Shown here piece after piece: positions 23,549-36,600 of a stretch of 64,000 bases of DNA (within the stretch, counting starts at the first letter, position 1; the number at the start of each line of letters is the position of its first letter). A model generated the notes under the pieces. It was not told where the DNA came from and did not search any database. It was given only the letters and a program-made list of their open reading frames with translations. Location: positions 490 through 64,489 of the forward strand of contig JAUCBJ010006077.1 of the NCBI GenBank assembly GCA_032718475.1, given 5' to 3'. Source of the DNA: Nemertoderma westbladi (lineage: Eukaryota; Animalia; Xenacoelomorpha). A program made the translations under genes and the position numbers.

Positions 23549-26500
23549 AAACCGAAGGACCCGTTAGTAGATAGCTGGTTGTGCGAAACCGAAGGACCTG
23601 TTAGTAGATAGCTGGTTGTGCGAAACCGAAGGACCCGTTAGTAGATAGGTGGTTGTGCGAAACCGAAGGACCCGTTAGTAGATAGCTGGTTGTGCGAAAC
23701 CGAAGGACCCGTTAGTAGATAGCTGGTTGTGCGAAACCGAAGGACCCGTTAGTAGATAGCTGGTTGTGCGAAACCGAAGGACCCGTTAGTAGATAGCTGG
23801 TTGTGCGAAACCGAAGGACCCGTTAGTAGATAGCTGGTTGTGCGAAACCGAAGGACCCGTTAGTAGATAGCTGGTTGTGCGAAACCGAAGGACCCGTTAG
23901 TAGATAGCTGGTTGTGCGAAACCGAAGGACCCGTTAGTAGATAGCTGGTTGTGCGAAACCGAAGGACCCGTTAGTAGATAGCTGGTTGTGCGAAACCGAA
24001 GGACCCGTTAGTAGATAGCTGGTTGTGCGAAACCGAAGGACCCGTTAGTAGATAGCTGGTTGTGCGAAACCGAAGGACCCGTTAGTAGATAGCTGGTTGT
24101 GCGAAACCGAAGGACCCGTTAGTAGATAGCTGGTTGTGCGAAACCGAAGGACCTGTTAGTAGATAGCTGGTTGTGCGAAACCGAAGGACCCGTTAGTAGA
24201 TAGCTGGTTGTGCGAAACCAAAGGACCCGTTAGTAGATAGGTGGTTGTGCGAAACCGAAGGACCCGTTAGTAGATAGCTGGTTGTGCGAAACCGAAGGAC
24301 CCGTTAGTAGATAGCTGGTTGTGCGAAACCGAAGGACCCGTTAGTAGATAGCTGGTTGTGCGAAACCGAAGGACCCGTTAGTAGATAGCTGATTGTGCGA
24401 AACCAAAGGACCCGTTAGTAGATAGCTGGTTGTGCGAAACCGAAGGACCCGTTAGTAGATAGCTGGTTGTGCGAAACCGAAGGACCCGTTAGTAGATAGC
24501 TGGTTGTGCGAAACCGAAGGACCCGTTAGTAGATAGCTGGTTGTGCGAAACCGAAGGACCCGTTAGTAGATAGCTGGTTGTGCGAAACCGAAGGACCCGT
24601 TAGTAGATAGCTGATTGTGCGAAACCAAAGGACCCGTTAGTAGATAGCTGGTTGTGCGAAACCGAAGGACCCGTTAGTAGATAGCTGGTTGTGCGAAACC
24701 GAAGGACCCGTTAGTAGATAGCTGATTGTGCGAAACCAAAGGACCCGTTAGTAGATAGCTGGTTGTGCGAAACCGAAGGAGCGTTAGTAGATAGCTGGTT
24801 GTGCGAAACCGAAGGACCCGTTAGTAGATAGCTGGTTGTGCGAAACCGAAGGACCTGTTAGTAGATAGCTGGTTGTGCGAAACCGAAGGACCCGTTAGTA
24901 GATAGCTGGTTGTGCGAAACCAAAGGACCCGTTAGTAGATAGGTGGTTGTGCGAAACCGAAGGACCCGTTAGTAGATAGCTGGTTGTGCGAAACCGAAGG
25001 ACCCGTTAGTAGATAGCTGGTTGTGCGAAACCGAAGGACCCGTTAGTAGATAGCTGGTTGTGCGAAACCGAAGGACCCGTTAGTAGATAGCTGATTGTGC
25101 GAAACCAAAGGACCCGTTAGTAGATAGCTGGTTGTGCGAAACCGAAGGACCCGTTAGTAGATAGCTGGTTGTGCGAAACCGAAGGACCCGTTAGTAGATA
25201 GCTGGTTGTGCGAAACCGAAGGACCCGTTAGTAGATAGCTGGTTGTGCGAAACCGAAGGACCCGTTAGTAGATAGCTGGTTGTGCGAAACCGAAGGACCC
25301 GTTAGTAGATAGCTGATTGTGCGAAACCAAAGGACCCGTTAGTAGATAGCTGGTTGTGCGAAACCGAAGGACCCGTTAGTAGATAGCTGGTTGTGCGAAA
25401 CCGAAGGACCCGTTAGTAGATAGCTGATTGTGCGAAACCAAAGGACCCGTTAGTAGATAGCTGGTTGTGCGAAACCGAAGGAGCGTTAGTAGATAGCTGG
25501 TTGTGCGAAACCGAAGGACCCGTTAGTAGATAGCTGGTTGTGCGAAACCGAAGGACCCGTTAGTAGATAGCTGGTTGTGCGAAACTTAAGGACCCGTTAG
25601 TAGATAGCTGGTTGTGCGAAACCGAAGGACCCGTTAGTAGATAGCTGATTGTGCGAAACCAAAGGACCCGTTAGTAGATAGCTGGTTGTGCGAAACCGAA
25701 GGACCCGTTAGTAGATAGCTGGTTGTGCGAAACCGAAGGACCCGTTAGTAGATAGCTGGTTGTGCGAAACCGAAGGACCCGTTAGTAGATAGCTGGTTGT
25801 GCGAAACCGAAGGACCCGTTAGTAGATAGCTGGTTGTGCGAAACTTAAGGACCCGTTAGTAGATAGCTGGTTGTGCGAAACCGAAGGACCCGTTAGTAGA
25901 TAGCTGATTGTGCGAAACCAAAGGACCCGTTAGTAGATAGCTGGTTGTGCGAAACCGAAGGACCCGTTAGTAGATAGCTGGTTGTGCGAAACCGAAGGAC
26001 CCATTAGTAGATAGGTGGTTGTGCGAAACCGAAGGACCCGTTAGTAGATAGGTGGTTGTGCGAAACCGAAGGACCCGTTAGTAGATAGCTGGTTGTGCGA
26101 AACCGAAGGACCCGTTAGTAGATAGCTGGTTGTGCGAAACCGAAGGACCCGTTAGTAGATAGCTGGTTGTGCGAAACCGAAGGATCCGTTAGTAGATAGC
26201 TGATTGTGCGAAACCGAAGGACCCGTTAGTAGATAGCTGGTTGTGCGAAACCGAAGGACCCGTTAGTAGATAGCTGGTTGTGCGAAACCGAAGGACCCGT
26301 TAGTAGATAGCTGGTGGTGCGAAACCGAAGGACCCGTTAGTAGATAGCTGGTTGTGCGAAACCGAAGGATCCGTTAGTAGATAGCTGGTTGTGCGAAACC
26401 GAAGGACCCGTTAGTAGATAGCTGGTTGTGCGAAACCGAAGGATCCGTTAGTAGATAGCTGATTGTGCGAAACCGAAGGACCCGTTAGTAGATAGCTGGT

Positions 26501-26622
26501 TGTGCGAAACCGAAGGACCCGTTAGTAGATAGCTGGTTGTGCGAAACCGAAGGACCCGTTAGTAGATAGCTGGTTGTGCGAAACCGAAGGACCTGTTAGT
26601 AGATAGCTGGTTGTGTGAAACC
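23549..26622. repeat. 37-bp tandem array, ~83 copies, overlapping the copine A stop codon
   Basis: Unit AAACCGAAGGACCCGTTAGTAGATAGCTGGTTGTGCG; very homogeneous; terminal unit encodes GFTQPAIY*. Confidence 0.97.
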
Positions 26623-27615
26623 CAATGCGGGTGTAGGCCGGATGCCTCTCATCTTCATGTAGTCGGTAACTTGACCCGGTATCTCCTGCAAGACCTCTTT
26701 GGCGAGCTGGGCCTCAGTGAGGTTTAAACTTTTCATTCCATTTGCTCCGTTCGCATTGACGTTTGACGGGACGTACTTAACTATGTCGCGTTGGGCATTT
26801 CTTATTTCGATGTAGGAGACACTGACCTCGTCTCTGTTTAACATTTTCATTCGTACCAAGTTTGCATTTCCAACTCCAACAATAATTATTGACATGGGAA
26901 GAGTCGCAGCTTCAACAATGGCCTTTAACGTTTGCGGCATATCCGATATGATGCCGTCAGTAATGATGAGCAGTATAAAGTATTCTGTTCCGTCCTGTTT
27001 CTCTCGCGCAAATCGAGCCACGTGGTTGATCACGGGGCTGAAGTTAGTGGGCCCGAATAATTCAACGGTGTCTAACGCCTTTTTGTATACATCGAGTAAG
27101 CCTTGGACACCGCTGACCAAAGGGGTCATGGGGTCTCCATTGAGGAAGAAGTCATGGGAAATCTGTCGAGACTGGGTTATCCGCGCACCGAAACCGAGAC
27201 AACCAAACAGTTTATCCGCGTCGTAATCTTGGATGATCGTACCAACGGCTTGGATAGCCACTTGGTAGGGATTTGGTTTATTGGGGTCTATGTAATGTAA
27301 CGAACTCGTTAACCATGGATCTCTATTTGAGGCCGTAAAGTCTATGGCTACGGTAAAGTTGAGCTGCAACCCACCTCGTATAAACTCCAAGAAAGAATGA
27401 CACCGTTCGATGTTGCAGTGTTCGATTCTGAGTATTCCTGAGACGTCTTGAATATTTCTATACTTTCTTGTAGGCCTATCTGTAACGCTTTTTGACGGGT
27501 CTCTTAATTCCAAAATCGTCAACCCATTTGTTTCGGGTTCGAGTTCGTTCAATGTACTATAACATATTCCTATGAGTTTGGAGCCGAAAATTCCTTTCCA
27601 AGAATAACATTCAAT
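26596..27615 (-). CDS. CPNE: Copine paralog A, exon 2 (end of C2B + VWA)
   Basis: Acceptor tgtag|ATT GAA TGT; FTVAIDFTASN, GFGA, GPTNFSPVI, YFILLIITDG, LPMSIIIVGVG, RDIV. Confidence 0.9.
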   Translation of the reverse strand: MECYSWKGIFGSKLIGICYSTLNELEPETNGLTILELRDPSKSVTDRPTRKYRNIQDVSGILRIEHCNIERCHSFLEFIRGGLQLNFTVAIDFTASNRDPWLTSSLHYIDPNKPNPYQVAIQAVGTIIQDYDADKLFGCLGFGARITQSRQISHDFFLNGDPMTPLVSGVQGLLDVYKKALDTVELFGPTNFSPVINHVARFAREKQDGTEYFILLIITDGIISDMPQTLKAIVEAATLPMSIIIVGVGNANLVRMKMLNRDEVSVSYIEIRNAQRDIVKYVPSNVNANGANGMKSLNLTEAQLAKEVLQEIPGQVTDYMKMRGIRPTPALGFTQPAIY

Positions 27616-27836
27616 CTACAATTATTAAGGTTTGCTTTAAAAGATAATAAATCTGCTATACTTCAAATTCGAACATTGGGCTAAAGGAGGGCGGAGGGCT
27701 GACATACAGTCACAAGAGAGTCACTCTAGGTCGATTTGGTGCGTACAAAACGGTATGATCAGATTGCGGCCCCACAGCCACAATTATTCTTACAGTAATT
27801 ATCATCATACTTAAAAAAAACTAATTATTTATTTAC

Positions 27837-28487
27837 CTTAATAACCCTGGTATAATCTCCCTGACAGAGAACCTGCAACGGAATTACTATCGGTTTCCAA
27901 CTGTGATTCTGAGTCGATTTGATAACTTCTGTTCGGTGGCAGACAGTGTATCCACCATCGTCATTGCTTCTATAGAAACACAAATAGAGGTCCGACTTCC
28001 CAAAAAAGTCCCTTCTAGATAGTTTATAACCTGATATGTGAAGGTAGATTTTATTGCAACTGGAAACCTCGGAAGACAAAGTAATTGTGCCTTTATATCC
28101 ACATGTAAGATTCTTAATGATTTTACCACCCGGCGCAGCTACAATCTCCCCCAACCTGACCATCGCGTATCCGAGTAAATCATGTGTGTCGAAATTACCA
28201 CCTTTACAGTCATTATTGTAAACTTCGAACTTTAAAAATTGGATTTCTTCGAAAATTAAAGTTAAATTAAATTTCTTTGCAAAGTCGGGGTTTTTATTAT
28301 CCCATATTGATTCTGTGCGACCCAACTCAGCCCATGAATAATCGGTGATGTTTTGAATATACAGGACCACCATTGGGAAGTCGGCCTTTACGAGATTTTG
28401 ACAGCTAATGCTGAGTTCTACTTCCGTTTGGATCGCAGCTGACGAACTTGTTTTAAATGAATTGAAATATGAACATCGCTCTCCCAT
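27837..28487 (-). CDS. CPNE: Copine paralog A, exon 1 (C2A + most of C2B)
   Basis: VELSISCQNL, GRTESIWDNKNPDF, DFFGKSD, HRTEVIK; phase-0 donor AAG|GTAAAT; total ~556 aa. Confidence 0.9.
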
Positions 28488-28762
28488 ATCAATACTGGTT
28501 CAGATTGAGACACTTTTCATTACAATAATATCATAAAATATCAATTTGTTACAAATAAAAACGGATCAAATATATATAAGTTTATAATACGGGTTATGGT
28601 GTAAAATTGTCGTAACATAAAGAAATATATAAATACCGGTAAGATAACGTCTGTGGGGTAATATAGTGTCACCAATAGTGATATAAATTGATATATTTTT
28701 CATACATCAAGGAAAAGCGATTGAAGAAATTATCCGGGGAAGCGACGAACTAAGCGAGATTA

Positions 28763-29835
28763 GGTACCGCTGTGGGGCGACAAAGTAAGCGGGCTTAGCA
28801 TACGGGACGGGTACCACTGTAGGGCGACAAAGTAAGCAGGCTTAGCTTACGGGTACCGCTGTGGGGCGACAAAGTAAGCGGGCTTAGCATACGGGACGGG
28901 TACCGCTGTAGGGCGACAAAGTAAGCAGGCTTAGCTTACGGGTACCGCTGTGGGGCGACAAAGTAAGCGGGCTTAGCATACGGGACGGGTACCGCTGTAG
29001 GGCGACAAAGTAAGCAGGCTTAGCTTACGGGTACCGCTACGGGGCGATAAAGTAAGCGGGCTTAGCATACGGGACGGGTACCACTGTAGGGCGACAAAGT
29101 AAGCAGGCTTAGCTTACGGGTACCGCTACGGGGCGATAAAGTAAGCGGGCTTAGCATACGTGTGCCGCTGTGGGGCGACAAAGTAAGCGGGCTTAGCATA
29201 CGGGACGGGTACCGCTGTAGGGCGACAAAGTAAGCAGGCTTAGCTTACGGGTACCGCTACGGGGCGATAAAGTAAGCGGGCTTAGCATACGGGACGGGTA
29301 CCACTGTAGGGCGACAAAGTAAGCAGGCTTAGCTTACGGGTACCGCTACGGGGCGACAAAGTAAGCGGGCTTAGCATACGGGACGGGTACCACTGTAGGG
29401 CGACAAAGTAAGCAGGCTTAGCTTACGGGTACCGCTACGGGGCGATAAAGTAAGCGGGCTTAGCATACGGGACGGGTACCACTGTAGGGCGACAAAGTAA
29501 GCAGGCTTAGCTTACGGGTACCGCTACGGGGCGATAAAGTAAGCGGGCTTAGCATACGTGTGCCGCTGTGGGGCGACAAAGTAAGCGGGCTTAGCATACG
29601 GGACGGGTACCGCTGTAGGGCGACAAAGTAAGCAGGCTTAGCTTACGGGTACCGCTACGGGGCGATAAAGTAAGCGGGCTTAGCATACGTGTGCCGCTGT
29701 GGGGCGACAAAGTAAGCGGGCTTAGCATACGGGACGGGTACCGCTGTAGGGCGACAAAGTAAGCAGGCTTAGCATACGGGTACCGCTGTGGGGCGAGCCA
29801 CAAAGTAAGCGGGCTTAGCATACGGGTACCGCTGT
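28763..29835. repeat. GC-rich 42/47-bp minisatellite, ~24 monomers, often as 89-bp dimers
   Basis: Unit GGGTACCGCTGTGGGGCGACAAAGTAAGCGGGCTTAGCATAC with or without GGGAC. Confidence 0.95.
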
Positions 29836-30507
29836 TTCAGCAGTTGTCCGATGGTGGCATACTTCGTCCTGTGCCAAGGCCCAATTAACATTTATGAAAT
29901 TTGCAATAAGTTTCATATAAATAGCAGATAATTTATTATGAGATTAAATTCCAATGTTGTTATTTTAGATTACGTCACTTGCTATTAAAGCGAATACACT
30001 TGAGGGAAAGTTCTGTGTGATTCATAGCACTGGAACTGATCTTACCATTATGACCAATACACGTAGTGGATACTGTGGATACTATAGCAACATATCATTT
30101 ATCTTGAAAAATAAGCAAACAAAAATGCTGAAAAATATTGACCTTTGTATTTTGAATTATAGTGTACAGTCAGTACTGTATTACTGCAGTAAATATACTA
30201 ACTGAATAAATGTTGTTTGAATATCCAATAAAGAATGTGTAATCTGAATCATTGCGCGATTGATATTGAACTTTAATAACGATATTTACGTTTTGCTATT
30301 ATCGATATAATAAGTAGATGTAAACAGCTACCCATCTGATGCGGTTCACTTTTCTGCCAATGTTGTTTTAGAAAATGAATAATCTGCGGAAATTTTAAAC
30401 CAAAGTTTTTGAAAATAATGTTACGTTTTATAATTTAATAATAAATTCTCAAAAGTTAACTGATTAACTGTACAAAAGTCATGAAAATCGATAGTTGAGA
30501 GAAAGAT

Positions 30508-30750
30508 CTACAGCGTCGGGAACGGCCAGTGACTTACAAACTCCCAATGGGTTTGGCATCGCTTTATCGTACAAAAATCGACTCGGATTTGTCCTGAGTT
30601 CGAATATTTCCCTTTGGAATTTTTCTTATTTGGGTTGATCAAATCAAACGTGGTAACCCCACTAGAAGCGGCCTCCAAGTCGTAAACAGTAACAAAACAT
30701 TCTCCTATTAGTTTGTGGCTTTGAGTTCTATTCCAGTCGTAACACTCAAT
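30508..30750 (-). CDS. CPNE: Copine paralog B, exon 2 (end of C2B; no VWA domain)
   Basis: Acceptor ttcag|ATT GAG TGT; first ~150 nt nearly identical to copine C exon 2; homology ends at WEFV, then TAG at 30508. Confidence 0.75.
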   Translation of the reverse strand: MECYDWNRTQSHKLIGECFVTVYDLEAASSGVTTFDLINPNKKNSKGKYSNSGQIRVDFCTIKRCQTHWEFVSHWPFPTL

Positions 30751-30984
30751 CTGAAAGACACCGAAGTAAAATGGCAAATTAAGAAAACAGAGTGGCCGTA
30801 CAGTACAAGATGGGAGCTCCTAAAAAGTTTAGGAATTGATAGATCACTCCATTTTAATTCCCATCAGTTTGAGGTTTGGCGTTTAATTTTACTAACAAGT
30901 ACTTGGACATTTACTGGAGAACTTATCACCATCACAGATGAGGGTATTACTGACTCTCGGTCTAGATACATTAATACATATCGG

Positions 30985-31130
30985 ACACACCCCTAGGTGC
31001 ATCGCCGACCGGCCACACAACACAACACCTCGACGGTTCGCGATCAGCCATAAACACCCCTAGGTGCATCGCCGATCGGCCACACAACACAACACCTCGA
31101 CGGTTCGGGATCAGCCATAAACACTCCTAG
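30985..31130. repeat. ~67-bp tandem duplication in copine B intron
   Basis: ACACCCCTAGGTGCATCGCCGA...GATCAGCCATAA occurs twice. Confidence 0.8.
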
Positions 31131-31560
31131 TCATCTGGATTATCAAGACCAATGTCTTTTAGCAATCGTTTAAGGAATGTCAACTGCAAGCAATGGCCTG
31201 AGCACACGTTTCTACTCGCCAACACGCAGCGCCAACAAGATCCTGAAATGGCGAATCAGTTCGAAGCTAGTGGCCAGCACGTGGCTGGTTGTACCCAAAG
31301 CAAACACCACAGCTACCCTGCACCGAAGCTGAAGCAGTTTCTACTTCAGGAGACTTGAAGAGAATCCTATGGGAACTCTTTGTGCACTGTGGGAGACACA
31401 CAGTGAGTCATCAGGAAATACACGATCATTATTGAACAGTTTCTCAAAGTGAGCCTTCCAAAAATCCGCTATTACCTTGGCAGTTAGTGTGGCCTTTTCT
31501 TCCAGTGAGAAAAGTAAATTCTTCCACACCGCAGCAAATCCTACTTTCATCGGCGGCATT
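31125..31560 (-). mobile_element. Degraded, internally deleted RTE remnant in copine B intron
   Basis: WKAHFEKLFNNDRVFPD matches WKAHFEKLLNNDRVLPD of the 56958 ORF; the 3' part resembles TFLRRILKDTGLKDADD. Confidence 0.65.
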
Positions 31561-32286
31561 AATGGCAAAGTAATCTACATACTCACTATATCATACAGTA
31601 CTTATTTTTGGAATTTACTTTGGTAGTTTGTTTCAATTCAGCGCCGCCTTGACTGCAATATTAGCAGCTTTTGATTTCCTTAATCTATTAAACGTTGGGT
31701 TTCTGCAAGCAATGTAAAGTAAAAATGCGAGGCTAAGAAAGGACAGTTGGCAACTTCGATTTTAATGCGTTTGTCATACAATAAATCAGTTTCATCTTCT
31801 TTGGAAGTCATTGGCTGCATTGTTTATAACAATCACAACTCACATCCTGTGTAAATATTTTAAAGAGGACCATTTCTTATGATTGTAATTCTAGGTTTCT
31901 TCATCTGTGAACCATGCGCAAACAGAAGGCTACATTACCAAAGAGTAGTACAGTACTATGAATTTCAGTTGAAATGGTTGATGTAACCTCCAGGAATACT
32001 TGGCAAGAGGCGACGTGTCCAAATCGCGGCAAGATAATCCCATCTACAAGTAGGCCTAGATAGCAGAGAAGAGCTACATAACTCTTCCTGAGGTTGTCAG
32101 TGTGAGTCTGACATATAAAACTCCATTTCATAGCAATAATCTGGTTATGCCAGGAAAGTAGATCCGGGAATACCCCGATGACGTCTTCAGTCATTGGGAT
32201 TTTCAACCCTGACGATAAACATAATTTCAAATACCCAATTAGTTCGGTACTTCATTCTGAGGGTTAAATGAAGAAAAAAATCTTAC

Positions 32287-32922
32287 CTTAATTACCCTGG
32301 AATAATCCCCCTGACACAGAACTCGTACAGGAAGCATCATCGGTTTCCATCTGGGGTTCAGAGTCGATTTTATAACTTCTGTTCGGTGGCAGACAGTGTA
32401 TCCGCCGTCCTCATTGCTTCTATAGAAACACAAATAGAGGTCCGACTTTCTCAAAAAGCAAATTTTTGAAAGTTTATGACCTGAAAGGCTGAGTTGAATT
32501 TTATGGATACAACTTGAAACGTTTTCCGAAGATAAGATAATTGTTCCTTTATTTACATTCAACAGATTCTTCAAGAGTTTACCTCCCGGTGCCGCCACAA
32601 TCTCTCCGAGACTGACGCACGCATACCCCAAGAAATCTTGTTTCTCAAGATCGCGGCTTTCACCATCAACATTGTAAACTTCAAACTTTAACAACAACAA
32701 TTTCGAGGAAATGTAAGTCAAGTTAAATTTCCTCACGAATTCTGGGTTCTCGTTGTGCCAGATTCCCTCAGTCCGGTCCAACTCCCGCCAGTCTGTTCCC
32801 TCCATATTCCGGAAAAACAGGACAACAATGGTTTCCGAATTGACACGAATAAGGTTGTGACAACTCACACTGATCTCAACTTCTGTCTGCACTTGAAACG
32901 ATTCAGACACCGCTGACGCCAT
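32287..32922 (-). CDS. CPNE: Copine paralog B, exon 1 (C2A + most of C2B)
   Basis: VEISVSCHNL, RTEGIWHNENPEF, DFLGYACVSLGEIV, HRTEVIKSTLNPRW; phase-0 donor AAG|GTAAGA. Confidence 0.85.
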
Positions 32923-33622
32923 TATATCAGTTTGCTATTACTATTATTATAGTTTAACTAGGCCCTATTATTGACTAGTAACTAGTTATAGCTAGCAACG
33001 ACTTGTTGGTTAATATATATAATATATATATAATATAATATTCGTTCATAACTATTTACATGGCGTTAGTAAGATGATGTTTTAGAGTTCATATAAAAGA
33101 GCATAAAATCGCCTCTAGTGAATGAGAAGATACAGTAATAGTAAATAACATTTGTCCGCAAAGACATATCTTATCTAGTAATTTAACAGTTTTAACAATT
33201 CAACTTTTTCATTTTGAGTAAATACTAAGATAAATATTTATTGCATTGGTAATTGGTAAAGAAAGCAAGCTATATGCAACACATCCTTCATAAAGCTCGG
33301 AAATAATAACGTCTTGGCAACAAAAAACTGTAAAATACTACAAAATAATTCTAATTTCAAAAGATTTATACCTAATGCGACATTAAATATACGTTATCCT
33401 TTATCTCAACAGCACACTTACTTTACCTCCTAACATCATTAGTATCATCATTACGAGTTTGCTGAAAATGATTAAATATTACGAAATATATGATGGTAAT
33501 TATAATATTTATGGTACGACATATATGTACACTACTAGCGTCGACTCAGTACTTTGTAAGCTATACCGTATTTACAAAATGATAGCGGCTGATAACCAGA
33601 TCGCAACTAAAATCAACAAAGA

Positions 33623-36600
33623 AACTAACATTGGGAATGCCTACTAACTGTATGCACGATGTACAACTAACATTGGGAATGCCTACTAACTGTATGTACG
33701 ATGTACAACGAACATTGGGAATGCCTACTAACTGTATGTATTGTACGATGTACAACTAACATTGGGAATGCCTACTAACTGTATGTACGGTGTACAACTA
33801 ACATTGGGAATGCCTACTAACTGTATGTACGATGTACAACGAACATTGGGAATGCCTACTAACTGTATGTACGATGTACAACGAACATAGGGAATGCCTA
33901 CTAACTGTATGTACGATGTACAACTAACATTGGGAATGCCTACTAACTGTATGTACGATGTACAACGAACATTGGGAATGCCTACTAACTGTATGTATTG
34001 TACGATGTACAACTAACATTGGGAATGCCTACTAACTGTATGTACGGTGTACAACTAACATTGGGAATGCCTACTAACTGTATGTACGATGTACAACGAA
34101 CATTGGGAATGCCTACTAACTGTATGTACGATGTACAACGAACATTTGGAATGCCTACTAACTGTATGTACGATGTACAACTAACATTGGGAATGCCTAC
34201 TAACTGTATGTACGATGGACAACGAACATTGGGAATGCCTACTAACTGTATGTACGGTGTACAACTAACATTGGGAATGCCTACTAACTGTATGTACGAT
34301 GTACAACGAACATTGGGAATGCCTACTAACTGTATGTACGATGTACAACGAACATAGGGAATGCCTACTAACTGTATGTACGATGTACAACTAACATTGG
34401 GAATGCCTACTAACTGTATGTACGATGTATAACTAACATTGGGAATGCCTACTAACTGTATGTACGATGTACAACGAACATAGGGAATGCCTACTAACTG
34501 TATGTACGATGTACAACTAACATTGGGAATGCCTACTAACTGTATGTACGATGTACAACGAACATAGGGAATGCCTACTAACTGTATGTACGATGTACAA
34601 CTAACATTGGGAATGCCTACTAACTGTATGTACGATGCACAACTAACATTGGAAATGCCTACTAACTGTATGTACGATGTACAACTAACATAGGGAATGC
34701 CTACTAACTGTATGTATTGTACGATGTACAACTAACATTGGGAATGCCTACTAACTGTATGTACGGTGTACAACTAACATTGGGAATGCCTACTAACTGT
34801 ATGTACGATGTACAACGAACATTGGGAATGCCTACTAACTGTATGTACGATGTACAACGAACATAGGGAATGCCTACTAACTGTATGTACGATGTACAAC
34901 GAACATTGGGAATGCCTACTAACTGTATGTACGATGTACAACGAACATAGGGAATGCCTACTAACTGTATGTACGATGTACAACGAACATAGGGAATGCC
35001 TACTAACTGTATGTACGATGTACAACTAACATTGGGAATGCCTACTAACTGTATGTACGATGCACAACTAACATTGGAAATGCCTACTAACTGTATGTAC
35101 GATGTACAACTAACATAGGGAATGCCTACTAACTGTATGTATTGTACGATGTACAACTAACATTGGGAATGCCTACTAACTGTATGTACGGTGTACAACT
35201 AACATTGGGAATGCCTACTAACTGTATGTACGATGTACAACGAACATTGGGAATGCCTACTAACTGTATGTACGATGTACAACTAACATAGGGAATGCCT
35301 ACTAACTGTATGTATTGTACGATGTACAACTAACATTGGGAATGCCTACTAACTGTATGTACGGTGTACAACTAACATTGGGAATGCCTACTAACTGTAT
35401 GTACGATGTACAACGAACATTGGGAATGCCTACTAACTGTATGTACGATGTACAACGAACATAGGGAATGCCTACTAACTGTATGTACGATGTACAACGA
35501 ACATTGGGAATGCCTACTAACTGTATGTACGATGTACAACGAACATAGGGAATGCCTACTAACTGTATGTATTGTACGATGTACAACTAACATTGGGAAT
35601 GCCTACTAACTGTATGTACGATGTACAACTAACATTGGGAATGCCTACTAACTGTATGTACGATGTACAACGAACATTGGGAATGCCTACTAACTGTATG
35701 TACGATGTACAACTAACATTGGGAATGCCTACTAACTGTATGTACGATGTACAACGAACATTGGGAATGCCTACTAACTGTATATACGATGTACAACGAA
35801 CATTGGGAATGCCTACTAACTGTATGTACGATGTACAACGAACATTGGGAATGCCTACTAACTGTATATACGATGTACAACTAACATTGGGAATGCCTAC
35901 TAACTGTATGTACGATGTACAACTAACATTGGGAATGCCTACTAACTGTATGTACGATGTATAACTAACATTGGGAATGCCTACTAACTGTATGTACGGT
36001 GTACAACTAACATTGGGAATGCCTACTAACTGTATGTATTGTACGATGTACAACTAACATTGGGAATGCCTACTAACTGTATGTACGATGTACAACGAAC
36101 ATAGGGAATGCCTACTAACTGTATGTACGATGTACAACGAACATTGGGAATGCCTACTAACTGTATGTACGATGTACAACGAACATAGGGAATGCCTACT
36201 AACTGTATGTACGATGTACAACGAACATAGGGAATGCCTACTAACTGTATGTACGATGTACAACGAACATAGAGGGAATGCCTACTAACTGTATGTATTG
36301 TACGATGTACAACTAACATTGGGAATGCCTACTAACTGTATGTACGATGTACAACTAACATTGGGAATGCCTACTAACTGTATGTACGATGTACAACGAA
36401 CATAGGGAATGCCTACTAACTGTATGTATTGTACGATGTACAACTAACATTGGGAATGCCTACTAACTGTATGTACGGTGTAGAACTAACATTGGGAATG
36501 CATACTAACTGTATGTGCGGTGTACAACTAACATTGGGAATGCCTACTAACTGTATGTACGATGTACAACTAACATTGGGAATGCCTACTAACTGTATGT

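Noticed and set aside
23549-26622. 37-bp repeat as a CRISPR array
   Set aside because: Head-to-tail units with no unique spacers, no cas genes, eukaryotic context; the same applies to the other arrays
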